A stretch of 63,937 nt of DNA, counting the filler, from Candidatus Hydrogenedentota bacterium (GTDB taxonomy: Bacteria; JBFMHD01): NCBI GenBank assembly GCA_040752395.1. It is 4 parts of 4 records of this genome, joined end to end, with 100 filler letters (N's around TTAATTAATTAA, not from the genome) between each part and the next. Parts side by side here need not be neighbours in the genome. Positions count along the whole stretch, not along the records: positions 33,605 to 50,124 come from JBFMHD010000038.1; 3 more parts are not named here. The stretch is one strand, 5' to 3'. Positions 35,744-44,996 of the stretch are shown piece by piece. The translations under genes were made by a program, and so were the position numbers. The notes below the pieces were generated by a model. The model was not told the DNA's origin. It worked only from the letters and a program-made list of their open reading frames with translations, and did not search any database. Within the stretch, counting starts at the first letter, position 1. Every line of letters starts with the position of its first letter.

Positions 35744-36474
35744 AAAAATATTTAATTTATTTATTAATATTATCATCCTGCATCTCTTTATCGTGTAAAA
35801 ATAATATTATAAAAAAAGAATATACCCCTGCTTTTACCAAATATTCGGTTGATAATACTATCTCAGATGATTCAGCAATGGAGAGTTTAATAGCGCCTTA
35901 TAGAGATGATTTAAAAAAAAGAGTTGGGATTGTTATAGGTTATAGTGACACTATTCTTACAGGAGCTCGACCAGAAGGAGCACTTGGTAATTTTGTCTGT
36001 GATGTTATAAAAGATTATGCTGATAGGAACGCAGGTGGCGCTGATATCTGTTTAATGAATAACGGCGGTCTTCGTAGAGACATACCGCTCGGCGAGATAA
36101 CGATAGGTACAATCTACGAACTTATGCCGTTTGATAATGAACTTGTTATCTGTTTTATGGATGATAAGATTGTTAGAGAATTCGCAGACGAGTTAATAAA
36201 AGTATTCGGTGAACCGGTAGCTGGTATACAAGTATTATCTGAAAATAATATTATAAAAGTGATAAAAGTAGCTGGTAAAGATTTAGAGGATGGTAAGCTC
36301 TATCGTATCGCAACATCAGATTATCTCGCGTATTACGGTGGCGATTTTCCCTCTCTGCGTAAATCAAAAGAGATTAAAAGAACCGGAAAATTTATTAGAG
36401 ATATTCTTATCGAATATTTTAAAGACAGTGGAAAAGTATATTCTATCATAGAAGGCAGAATAGTTATTAAATAA
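35740..36474 (+). CDS. 5'-nucleotidase C-terminal (substrate-binding) domain lipoprotein
   Basis: Lipobox-like ISLSC, EGALGNFVCD, NNGGLRRDI, YELMPFDN, YRIATSDYL. Confidence 0.88.
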   Translation: MKKYLIYLLILSSCISLSCKNNIIKKEYTPAFTKYSVDNTISDDSAMESLIAPYRDDLKKRVGIVIGYSDTILTGARPEGALGNFVCDVIKDYADRNAGGADICLMNNGGLRRDIPLGEITIGTIYELMPFDNELVICFMDDKIVREFADELIKVFGEPVAGIQVLSENNIIKVIKVAGKDLEDGKLYRIATSDYLAYYGGDFPSLRKSKEIKRTGKFIRDILIEYFKDSGKVYSIIEGRIVIK

Positions 36475-36481
36475 CTAGAAA

Positions 36482-36609
36482 GAGGTCTCTTTTAAAACCC
36501 TGATTATCGCATCTAAAGATGCTTACTACATTTTTATTTTTTGTAATTTCAATAATAATAATATATTAAAGTAGTGAGGGTCTAAAGACCCGTTCTTTAG
36601 ACTTTAGAC
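36482..36609. mobile_element. MITE family H, lacking the right end
   Basis: GAGGTCTCTTTTAAAACCCTGATTATCGCATCTAAAGATG...GACCCGTTCTTTAGACTTTAGAC. Confidence 0.7.
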
Positions 36610-36691
36610 TAAAGGATTTGAATATTATTTATTGAAAAGATATTTTACAAAGCTTGACAAAATAGATTTAGAAATAAAAACTACAAAACCT

Positions 36692-37537
36692 ATGAATTTT
36701 CAGGATGTTATCTTAAATCTACAGAATTACTGGGATAAGAGAGGTTGTCTTATAGCACAGCCATATGATATTGAGAAAGGAGCAGGAACTTTCAGCCCGC
36801 ATACTTTTCTTCGTGTATTAGGACCAAAGCCGTGGAAAGTAGCATATGTAGAACCCTCGCGAAGGCCGACTGATGGCAGATATGGTGAAAACCCGAATCG
36901 GCTCCAGCATTATTATCAATTCCAGGTTATATTAAAACCCGCGCCAGCTAATATACAGGATATCTATTTAAAAAGCATTGAGGAGCTTGGCATAGATTTA
37001 CAAAAACATGATATCCGGTTTATTGAGGATGACTGGGAATCACCTACATTAGGTGCCTGGGGATTGGGATGGGAGGTCTGGCTTGATGGTATGGAGATAA
37101 CGCAGTTCACGTATTTCCAGCAAGTAGGTGGTATAGACCTTAAACCTGTTTCAGTAGAATTAACCTATGGTATTGAACGTATAGCGATGTATTTACAGAA
37201 CAAAGAGAGTGTTTTTGATATATTGTGGAATAATGAGGTAAGGTATGGTGATGTTCATCATATAACCGAGCGCGAGTTTTCGAGATATAATTTTGAGCTT
37301 TCTAATATAGAGAAACTTTTTGAGTCTTTTTTGTTTTATGAAAAAGAGAATGAGAGATTAATAAAAGAGGGGCTTGTTTATCCAGCGTACGATTTTTGTT
37401 TAAAAGCCTCGCATACATTTAATCTTCTTGATGCGCGCGGCGCTATAAGTGTTTCAGAGCGACAGAGTTATATAGCTCGTGTAAGAAGGCTGGCTTCTGC
37501 TTGCGCAAAACTTTACTGCGAGCAGCAAGCCGGGTAA
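36692..37537 (+). CDS. glyQ: Glycine-tRNA ligase alpha subunit
   Basis: [53 protein letters not shown]. Confidence 0.99.
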   Translation: MNFQDVILNLQNYWDKRGCLIAQPYDIEKGAGTFSPHTFLRVLGPKPWKVAYVEPSRRPTDGRYGENPNRLQHYYQFQVILKPAPANIQDIYLKSIEELGIDLQKHDIRFIEDDWESPTLGAWGLGWEVWLDGMEITQFTYFQQVGGIDLKPVSVELTYGIERIAMYLQNKESVFDILWNNEVRYGDVHHITEREFSRYNFELSNIEKLFESFLFYEKENERLIKEGLVYPAYDFCLKASHTFNLLDARGAISVSERQSYIARVRRLASACAKLYCEQQAG

Positions 37538-37540
37538 GGT

Positions 37541-37630
37541 TGGCTTCAGGCTCCAGGCTCCAGGCTTCAGCCGGCTGTAGTCCGTAGCCCAGAGTCTGAA
37601 GCCTGACTATAAAGAAATAGGACTTTTCAT
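37541..37630 (+). repeat. Single GGCT/AGCC hairpin module between glyQ and glyS
   Basis: GGCTTCAGGCTCCAGGCTCCAGGCTTCAGCCGGCTGTAGTCCGTAGCCCAGAGTCTGAAGCC. Confidence 0.85.
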
Positions 37631-37641
37631 CGGGGATATCT

Positions 37642-39723
37642 ATGGCTACACACGATTTATTATTTGAACTCGGTGCTGAGGAGATACCTGCAAGGTTTCT
37701 GGTAAACAGAGAAGAAGAATTCAAAAATATTTTGATAAATCTTTGCAGAGAATTTTATTTCGATTATAGCAATATAGATATTTTCCTGACACCGCGAAGA
37801 ATATCATTTATTATAAAAGAACTTCATGAGAGACAGAGGAAAGAGGAGGTTGAGAAAAAGGGGCCACCGGCTTCATCGGGTCTTGATAAAAATAATAAAC
37901 CTACAAAATCAGCGATCGCGTTTGCTAAATCGAATAATAGAAATCCTGATGAAATCTACATTAAAGACACTGACAAAGGTAAATATATTTTTATAAAAGT
38001 AGATGTCGGTGGTGGGTTGATAAAAGATGTTTTAGCTGATTTTTTTAAAAAATGGATTTTAGCATTAGAGTTCCCTAAAAAAATGAGATGGGAGGATAGT
38101 GATTTTGAGTTTGCAAGACCGATACGCTGGATTGTAGCAATGTATGCCAGCGAAATAATCACTTTTGAGATAAGTAGAGTTAAAGCCTCAAATATAACCA
38201 TGGGGCCGCGTTATTATGGTAAGAAATCTTTTGAAATAACTGATGCAGCTTTATATGAGCTTATCCTTGAAGATAACGGAATAATAGTATCACATATAAA
38301 AAGACGAAAAAAAATTAGAGAATTAATTGAGGGTATATGTAATAAGAAGGGAAATAAATTTGTTGAAGACAACGAACTGATAGACGAGATAAACTTTCTT
38401 GTAGAGAACCCTGTTATTATACTTTGTGATATAAGCGAGGAATTCATGGATTTACCAGAAGAAGTATTGATTGTTGCAATGAAACATCACCAGCGATTTA
38501 TACCGCTATGCAATCACGATAATACGATATCTAAATATTTTATCGTATTTTCAAATACACTACAGGATACTGAAGGATATATCAAGAGAGGAAATGAGAG
38601 GGTATTAAAAGCGAGATTAAATGATGCAAAATTTTTCTATACAGAAGATATTAAAAAGAAACTGATTGATTACCGTGACGGTTTAAAAAATATGGTTTTT
38701 CTTACCACAAGGGGAAGCCTGTATGATAAAGAAGAAAGAATAAAGAAAATAGCAATGGAGATACAAAAGATGATAAATTATCACTCTCCACAAAAAATAC
38801 AAAGAGCCTCCTATCTTTGCAAGAATGATCTAATCACTCATATGGTTTTTGAATTTCCAGAATTACAGGGCGTTATGGGAACTATTTATGCAAGAAAATC
38901 AGGAGAAGATGATGAGGTTGCTATCTCTATAAAAGAGCATTATTTACCAAGACAGACCGATGACAGGATACCAGAATCATTGCTTGGTAAAATTATATCA
39001 ATAGCTGATAAAATTGATACTATAATCTGTGCATTCTCATCTAATAATATCCCAACCGGTGCAGGTGACCCCATCGGTGTCAGGCGTGCTATGATAGGGA
39101 TTATAAGGATACTTGATGAAGGTAATTTAAGTATCCCTATAAAAGAGCTCTTTAAAAAATCAGTAAGCATAGTAAGAGAAAATTTCAATTTCAATGAAGA
39201 GGAGGTACTCAGTCAGATATCGCAATTCTTTATTGAAAGAATAAGGACATACTGGTCAGACAGGATAGGGTTGCCGGTAGATGTAGTCTCAGCCGGGGTC
39301 GAACTTGAGTTTGATTATTTAAATGACCTGCATAATCGGATAGCTGCGATAAAAAGGTTCAGGGACGTAGGCGATTTCTTAAGTATAGCCATATCATTCA
39401 AGCGGGTTATTAATATACAGCGAGGGATAGAAGACATAACAGGCAAAGTGGACGAGAGTTTATTTATTGAAGAGACAGAGAAGATTTTATACAACGAGAC
39501 ATTGAAATTGAAAGAGGTCTCTCAGCGATTAATGAAAAATAAAAATTATTATGATTTACTTATAGAGATATCGAAGATAAAGCCGGTAGTCGATAAATTT
39601 TTTGATGATGTACTTGTTATGACTGATGATATAAAATTACAGAAAAACAGACTCAATCTCCTTTATAAATTAGCATCTATATTTTTAAGTATAATCGACT
39701 TCTCAAAGATACAGACTGATTAA
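37642..39723 (+). CDS. glyS: Glycine-tRNA ligase beta subunit
   Basis: LLFELGAEEIPA, TPRR, GPP, MRW..FARPIRW, EFPELQGVMG, EHYLP, FFDDVLVM..NRL. Confidence 0.98.
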   Translation: MATHDLLFELGAEEIPARFLVNREEEFKNILINLCREFYFDYSNIDIFLTPRRISFIIKELHERQRKEEVEKKGPPASSGLDKNNKPTKSAIAFAKSNNRNPDEIYIKDTDKGKYIFIKVDVGGGLIKDVLADFFKKWILALEFPKKMRWEDSDFEFARPIRWIVAMYASEIITFEISRVKASNITMGPRYYGKKSFEITDAALYELILEDNGIIVSHIKRRKKIRELIEGICNKKGNKFVEDNELIDEINFLVENPVIILCDISEEFMDLPEEVLIVAMKHHQRFIPLCNHDNTISKYFIVFSNTLQDTEGYIKRGNERVLKARLNDAKFFYTEDIKKKLIDYRDGLKNMVFLTTRGSLYDKEERIKKIAMEIQKMINYHSPQKIQRASYLCKNDLITHMVFEFPELQGVMGTIYARKSGEDDEVAISIKEHYLPRQTDDRIPESLLGKIISIADKIDTIICAFSSNNIPTGAGDPIGVRRAMIGIIRILDEGNLSIPIKELFKKSVSIVRENFNFNEEEVLSQISQFFIERIRTYWSDRIGLPVDVVSAGVELEFDYLNDLHNRIAAIKRFRDVGDFLSIAISFKRVINIQRGIEDITGKVDESLFIEETEKILYNETLKLKEVSQRLMKNKNYYDLLIEISKIKPVVDKFFDDVLVMTDDIKLQKNRLNLLYKLASIFLSIIDFSKIQTD

Positions 39724-39765
39724 TTTCCATCACATCTCTTTTAAACCCTATTTTGCTCATGGGTT

Positions 39766-39844
39766 ACAAAGTGACAAAGGTACAGAGGCACATAGCCACA
39801 GAGGGATATAAAAAGCCTCAAAAAACTTTGTGCCTTTGTGCCTG
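39766..39844. repeat. Inverted octamer module (GGCACAAA / TTTGTGCC family), possible terminator after glyS
   Basis: ACAAAGTGACAAAGGTACAGAGGCACA ... CTTTGTGCCTTTGTGCCT. Confidence 0.65.
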
Positions 39845-39855
39845 TCAATTATTTT

Positions 39856-39884
39856 TTGACAATTTTGCTAAAAATAAGTATAAA
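39856..39884 (+). promoter_or_regulatory. Putative sigma70 promoter
   Basis: TTGACA-17 bp-TATAAA. Confidence 0.5.
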
Positions 39885-39985
39885 CATTTATTTATCCTTT
39901 AGCACAATGCCTGACCAATCGTTAAAGCTGACCACCGTCCAAGCATGATTGTCGATGATATTAGATATTTTAGCATGGGGTCAAA

Positions 39986-40360
39986 ATGAGGATTGTAAAA
40001 GAGATAGAGATTGAAGGTAAAAAAGCTATAGCGCTATTTGACACTGGTTCTATGCATACCTATGTCGTGAGTCAGCTATTAGAAGGTGTTGCTATCCGTT
40101 GCCTATCAGAGACTTACAAAGTAGCATTAGGTGGAAGGATAGTTGAGGTAAAAGAGTATTGTGCAATTGAAGGCAGGATTGAAGGCCTTGTATTTCACAC
40201 CGAGGCAATCCCTATTGATGAACTGGGGAGAGTGGATGGAAAAAAGATTGATATTCTTATTGGTGCTTTAACTATGGAAGAGTGGGAGATAATTCCAAAC
40301 CCTAAGGACGCAACATTAGATTTGTCAGGATTAAAGAGAAGAGAGTTTACTGAATTTTAA
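39986..40360 (+). CDS. Retropepsin-like aspartyl protease
   Basis: ALFDTGS catalytic motif and ILIG..MEEW C-terminal motif. Confidence 0.8.
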   Translation: MRIVKEIEIEGKKAIALFDTGSMHTYVVSQLLEGVAIRCLSETYKVALGGRIVEVKEYCAIEGRIEGLVFHTEAIPIDELGRVDGKKIDILIGALTMEEWEIIPNPKDATLDLSGLKRREFTEF

Positions 40361-40466
40361 AAGTATTATTTCTTTTATTTGACATTTTTTTTATAGTATT
40401 TTAAATTAAATGACGATTTATTATAAGAAAGATAACGAAAGAAGCAAGAAGCAAACGAGGAGATTA

Positions 40467-43400
40467 ATGCATTATAATTATAGAAGATTAGTCTATGCTA
40501 TAGTAGCTTTATTTGTTATAATAGTAACTCCTTTATTTGCAGATGATACATCGGTATGGCTTTCATTAGATGGTACACAGGATTCAATAACCACAGCTAA
40601 AATAGGAGAGTTACTCGATGTATGGGTAATAGACCCTTATGCTAATGTAAATCCACTTGCTCTTGATACTGTAACCGTCACACTTTTTTCCCAGATACCT
40701 GGTAATGATACAGAGACCTTAACTCTTCTGGAATTAGATATAAATCTTGGGATATTTCATATAAATGGTGGGGGAGTTTTATTATCAACTACAACAACTG
40801 AGACAAACACAAATAACAAGATTTTAGTAACAAAGGTTAATGACACAGTAGCTGTGTGGTATGGTGTAAGACCATACGAGGATTCGATAATAGTACAACC
40901 CGCGACCACGGCTGCTGAGGCTGATTTTATTGATAGTTTTTTTATACCAGGTCCTGCTTTAATAGTAGAAACGTATTCAATCTATCCCGGATTTATACCT
41001 CCACAGCAGAATGACACAGTTTATGTCGTGATTACAGATGCTGATGCGAATGAAGACCCTTATGCTCAAGACCAGATTACAATAACAGTAACTAATAATC
41101 AGACACTGGATTCACGGTCATTTACTCTTATAGAGACCTCTGATACAACAGGTGTCTTTTATTCAGCAGCCACAGGTGTGATTCTTGAACTCATCGATAC
41201 TACTTATGTGAGTACTTTAGATAATATTATTGCCTGTACAACGGTCTCTGTTAATTACTTAACATTAAGGTATCTTGACCCGGATGACAACGATTTAACT
41301 TTTGACACTGTTTCTGTTGTACCTGAACCTAACTCAATTATTGTGATAACTGATGGGAGTGATACAGAGGATTCATTTGCCATAGGAGATACGAGGCTTT
41401 TTGTACTTGTTAAAGACTATGATGAAGACATAGATGGTTCTGTTGATGAGGTTTCGGTTACAGTATATAGCAATACAGGTGATAGTGTTATTGTTACTAT
41501 AAGGGAGTCGATGCCGCCGTTTTCAGCAGGCGTATTTCACGATAATTTAAACAACGGCGTTATTTTAACTGATAGCGGCACAGCTCAATATGGTGATAAT
41601 ATTCTTCTGGTTGGTAACGCTTCTACGTATAATTATATTACAGCTGTTTATCAAGATAATGATGCGGCGAATGACAGGGTTACGGATACTGCATCTTGCT
41701 ATCGAAAAAATGATACAGGGATAATCGAATTTATTAATGCCCAGGCCTCGATGGTGGATACCTATTCAATAGGAACGAATATTTATATTATTCTTACTGA
41801 ATACGATGAAAACCAGGACCCGATGGTAGCAGAAACAGTATATGTTACGATTATAACCCAGCGGAATGATTCAGAGGTTTTTATTTTAACTGAAAATGGT
41901 TTGGCTTCAGGTATATTCAGTAATACAGGAACATTAGGAATATTTTTAACTGACACAAAAGGAGCGACGGCTGACAGTATAGTTTTTGCAATCAATAATG
42001 ACACGATTGAGATAAGATGGCAAGACAACGCAGTGATAGAGGACAGGGATACAGTGGCTGTCTATAAAGTTCCAAGTGACGGCGATATATATATCTATGA
42101 TAACTTCCAAACATTATCTGATACAGCAAGACCAGGTGATACAATACTAATTCTTATACGTGACAATGATAAAAATTTAGACCCGTCATCTCAAGATTTA
42201 GCAGGAACAGTAACAATATATTCAAAACTTAATGGTGTTGTTATAGATTCTATTGTTTTATTATCTGTATTAGAGTCAGGTAATGCAACAGGTGAATTCA
42301 CTCAAGAGATAACCTTATCTGATACAACAAGCGGAGAAACAACACTTTTAGTTGGATATAATTTTGTAGTTGAGGCGATATATACTGATTCTGTTTATAG
42401 TACTGATACAGGGATTGACAGCATCGTGATAAAATTAAGATATACTTCCTCAAGCGGTATTTTTACAGTAGATACCCAGGCGAGTATGGCTGTTGATTCC
42501 TATGCTATTTATGACTCGATATATATTTTAGGAACTGATTATAACAGAAATATTAATCCTCTGAGTAAAGACACAATAGTTGTTACTCTTTCTACAAACT
42601 GTGGTGATACTGAAATATTAGTATTAACAGAGACAACAGATACAAGCGGTATGTTTATTAACCTGTTGCCTGTATATATTTATGATACTTTATTAGTGGT
42701 AGGCGATAATATTTTAACTGCTGGATATGGCGATACTATTACAGTAAATTATATTGATATTTATGATGCATCTGATTCAGCAACAGGTAGTGTTATTGTA
42801 AGACGCATCAATAGAAGTTCTAACATTACTCTTATTAACAGCCTCGGTCAGGATACAGATCATTATTATGTTAATTCGAGTTCAGTGTATGTTATTTTAA
42901 CAGATTATGATGCGAATGTGAATCCGGAATCACGAGACACCGTTGTTGTTACTTTATTTACTTTCAATGGTTCACAATATATTGATACAGAAATTATTGT
43001 ATTAACAGAGATATTATCATCAACAGGCGCTTTTACGAGTTCTCAAACTATTACTCTGTCGAGTTCGCAGTCAGGGACAGGTATTTTACTTTGCGGAAAT
43101 TCAGACTCTGTTGTTGTAAAATATGAAGACATAGGTTCAAGCATAACTGATACAGTCTATGATACAGCTATAGCTATTTATGTTCCTGTTGTTTCTAACT
43201 TAACAATACTTGACAAGACAGGCATTGTACCTACAAATATATTTATTGGTGACACGTTTACTATAATACTTACTGATTTAGATGAAAATAAAAATCCGTT
43301 AGCAATTGATACAGTACTTATAACAATAGCTGTATATCCTACTTTAACAAGCCGAAGTGATACAGTTTATTTACAGCTCAGTGAAACAACTGAATCAGGT

Positions 43401-44996
43401 GTTTTTCGCGGTTTTTTTGAGTCACCGTTATATACATCAGATACTTTTTATGGTCAGGGTACTAGTGACAGTGTTCTTTTCATAGATTCAGGCGAACAGC
43501 TTGCTGTAATATATAATGATAATGATGATTCTACAGACTCAAGAATAGATATCTCAATATTTATGAAAACAAGAACAACTACAGCGTTGTTGAAAATAGT
43601 TAATAGCAGTGGGGTAGATACAGACCTGTTTTTCATTGGTGATAGTCTATATATTTATCTTACTGATGCTGATAGAAACTGGGATAAGAAAGCGAAGGAC
43701 ACTGTGATCGTTACTCTTCATAGTGTTACTACAAATGATACTGAGTATATAGTTTTAACAGAGAGCAGTGACACGAGTGGTATTTTTACAAATGTTAATT
43801 ATCCTGGTCTTGCTTTAAGAAAGACCGCGAGTTTAGTTTTATATGATAACATTTTGGCAGTCTCTACTTTAGATACAGGCTCACGAGCTCTTCAGCTTTT
43901 ATATACAGACACACAAATTGAGTATCAATATGATACAGCAAATATTACTGATATCCAGGTTACTGCTACTCTTGTCTTATTGGATTCTTTATTTCAAGCA
44001 GCTGATACTTTTTATACTACAGGTGAATTATATGCAACTCTTACAGATTTAGATGCAGATGTAAATCCGGTTATACGTGATACTGTTGTAGTGACTTTAT
44101 TAATTATTGAAACGAATGATTCAGAATTATTAGTTTTAACTGAGATTAATTCTAATATAGGTATTTTCAGTGATACTACTTCTGGTTTAAGTTTTGCGTT
44201 AAAGGGTGCAGGTGGGGTCAGCAGAAATAATGTTTTACAACCCGATACAAGTGGTACCATTGTTGGTTACTGTAATGATGCGTATGATACAGCTTATTTT
44301 ATTGACAATGCTTCTACTGCAGTGATTGTTCTTGTTAATAAAAATGGGTATGCAGTGTCTGAGTATATATGTGGGATAGACAGCGTTTATATTATATTGA
44401 CTGACCTCGATGCTAATCAAAACAGATTATCGATTGAGACAGTTGTTGTCACGGTAACACACAAGTATAATGATACTGAGATAATCGCCTTAACCGAGCT
44501 TTGGGCTGATAGTGGTGTATTCAGCAATCTGGGGACAGCAGGGTTACCTATCTCTGCGGTTAATGGTATGGTTATGAATGATGGCATACTTTATGTCCAG
44601 GCATTAAGAGTCAATCGGGACGAGATAATAGTGATATATCTTGAATCTTCAGGTGCAGGGACACAGAATCCGATTCGACCCACTGTAACTCCGGGGTTAC
44701 CTGTCGTAACAGATTTCTCAAAAACCATTGTTGGACCTAATCCATTTAGAGGGGATGTAAATGCAACGATAACTTTTCAGGATATACCTGATCAGTTTAC
44801 CATAAGGATTTATACAATCTCAGGGAAACTTGTTTATGAATATACAGGAACCACTCAGGCTTTAAATACGCCGGGGCGCTTTGTCTGGGATGTAATAAAT
44901 GGTGCGGGCGAGAGTGTAAGGAGCGGTATCTATGTATACTATATTGAGTCTCCCGGGATAGGTAAAAAGACAGGGAAGATAGCGATTATAAGATGA
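40467..44996 (+). CDS. Large secreted Asp/Thr-rich repeat protein (11 Ig-like repeats) with a C-terminal T9SS type A / FlgD-Ig-like sorting domain
   Basis: Signal peptide (..LFA-DD); 11 repeats of D.D.N.[ND]P...DT[VI].VT.....D.E...L.E....G.F; C-terminal GPNPF..IYTISGKLV..WD...G..V.SGIYVY..GKIAIIR; GAGGAG RBS before ATG 40467. Confidence 0.85.
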   Translation: MHYNYRRLVYAIVALFVIIVTPLFADDTSVWLSLDGTQDSITTAKIGELLDVWVIDPYANVNPLALDTVTVTLFSQIPGNDTETLTLLELDINLGIFHINGGGVLLSTTTTETNTNNKILVTKVNDTVAVWYGVRPYEDSIIVQPATTAAEADFIDSFFIPGPALIVETYSIYPGFIPPQQNDTVYVVITDADANEDPYAQDQITITVTNNQTLDSRSFTLIETSDTTGVFYSAATGVILELIDTTYVSTLDNIIACTTVSVNYLTLRYLDPDDNDLTFDTVSVVPEPNSIIVITDGSDTEDSFAIGDTRLFVLVKDYDEDIDGSVDEVSVTVYSNTGDSVIVTIRESMPPFSAGVFHDNLNNGVILTDSGTAQYGDNILLVGNASTYNYITAVYQDNDAANDRVTDTASCYRKNDTGIIEFINAQASMVDTYSIGTNIYIILTEYDENQDPMVAETVYVTIITQRNDSEVFILTENGLASGIFSNTGTLGIFLTDTKGATADSIVFAINNDTIEIRWQDNAVIEDRDTVAVYKVPSDGDIYIYDNFQTLSDTARPGDTILILIRDNDKNLDPSSQDLAGTVTIYSKLNGVVIDSIVLLSVLESGNATGEFTQEITLSDTTSGETTLLVGYNFVVEAIYTDSVYSTDTGIDSIVIKLRYTSSSGIFTVDTQASMAVDSYAIYDSIYILGTDYNRNINPLSKDTIVVTLSTNCGDTEILVLTETTDTSGMFINLLPVYIYDTLLVVGDNILTAGYGDTITVNYIDIYDASDSATGSVIVRRINRSSNITLINSLGQDTDHYYVNSSSVYVILTDYDANVNPESRDTVVVTLFTFNGSQYIDTEIIVLTEILSSTGAFTSSQTITLSSSQSGTGILLCGNSDSVVVKYEDIGSSITDTVYDTAIAIYVPVVSNLTILDKTGIVPTNIFIGDTFTIILTDLDENKNPLAIDTVLITIAVYPTLTSRSDTVYLQLSETTESGVFRGFFESPLYTSDTFYGQGTSDSVLFIDSGEQLAVIYNDNDDSTDSRIDISIFMKTRTTTALLKIVNSSGVDTDLFFIGDSLYIYLTDADRNWDKKAKDTVIVTLHSVTTNDTEYIVLTESSDTSGIFTNVNYPGLALRKTASLVLYDNILAVSTLDTGSRALQLLYTDTQIEYQYDTANITDIQVTATLVLLDSLFQAADTFYTTGELYATLTDLDADVNPVIRDTVVVTLLIIETNDSELLVLTEINSNIGIFSDTTSGLSFALKGAGGVSRNNVLQPDTSGTIVGYCNDAYDTAYFIDNASTAVIVLVNKNGYAVSEYICGIDSVYIILTDLDANQNRLSIETVVVTVTHKYNDTEIIALTELWADSGVFSNLGTAGLPISAVNGMVMNDGILYVQALRVNRDEIIVIYLESSGAGTQNPIRPTVTPGLPVVTDFSKTIVGPNPFRGDVNATITFQDIPDQFTIRIYTISGKLVYEYTGTTQALNTPGRFVWDVINGAGESVRSGIYVYYIESPGIGKKTGKIAIIR

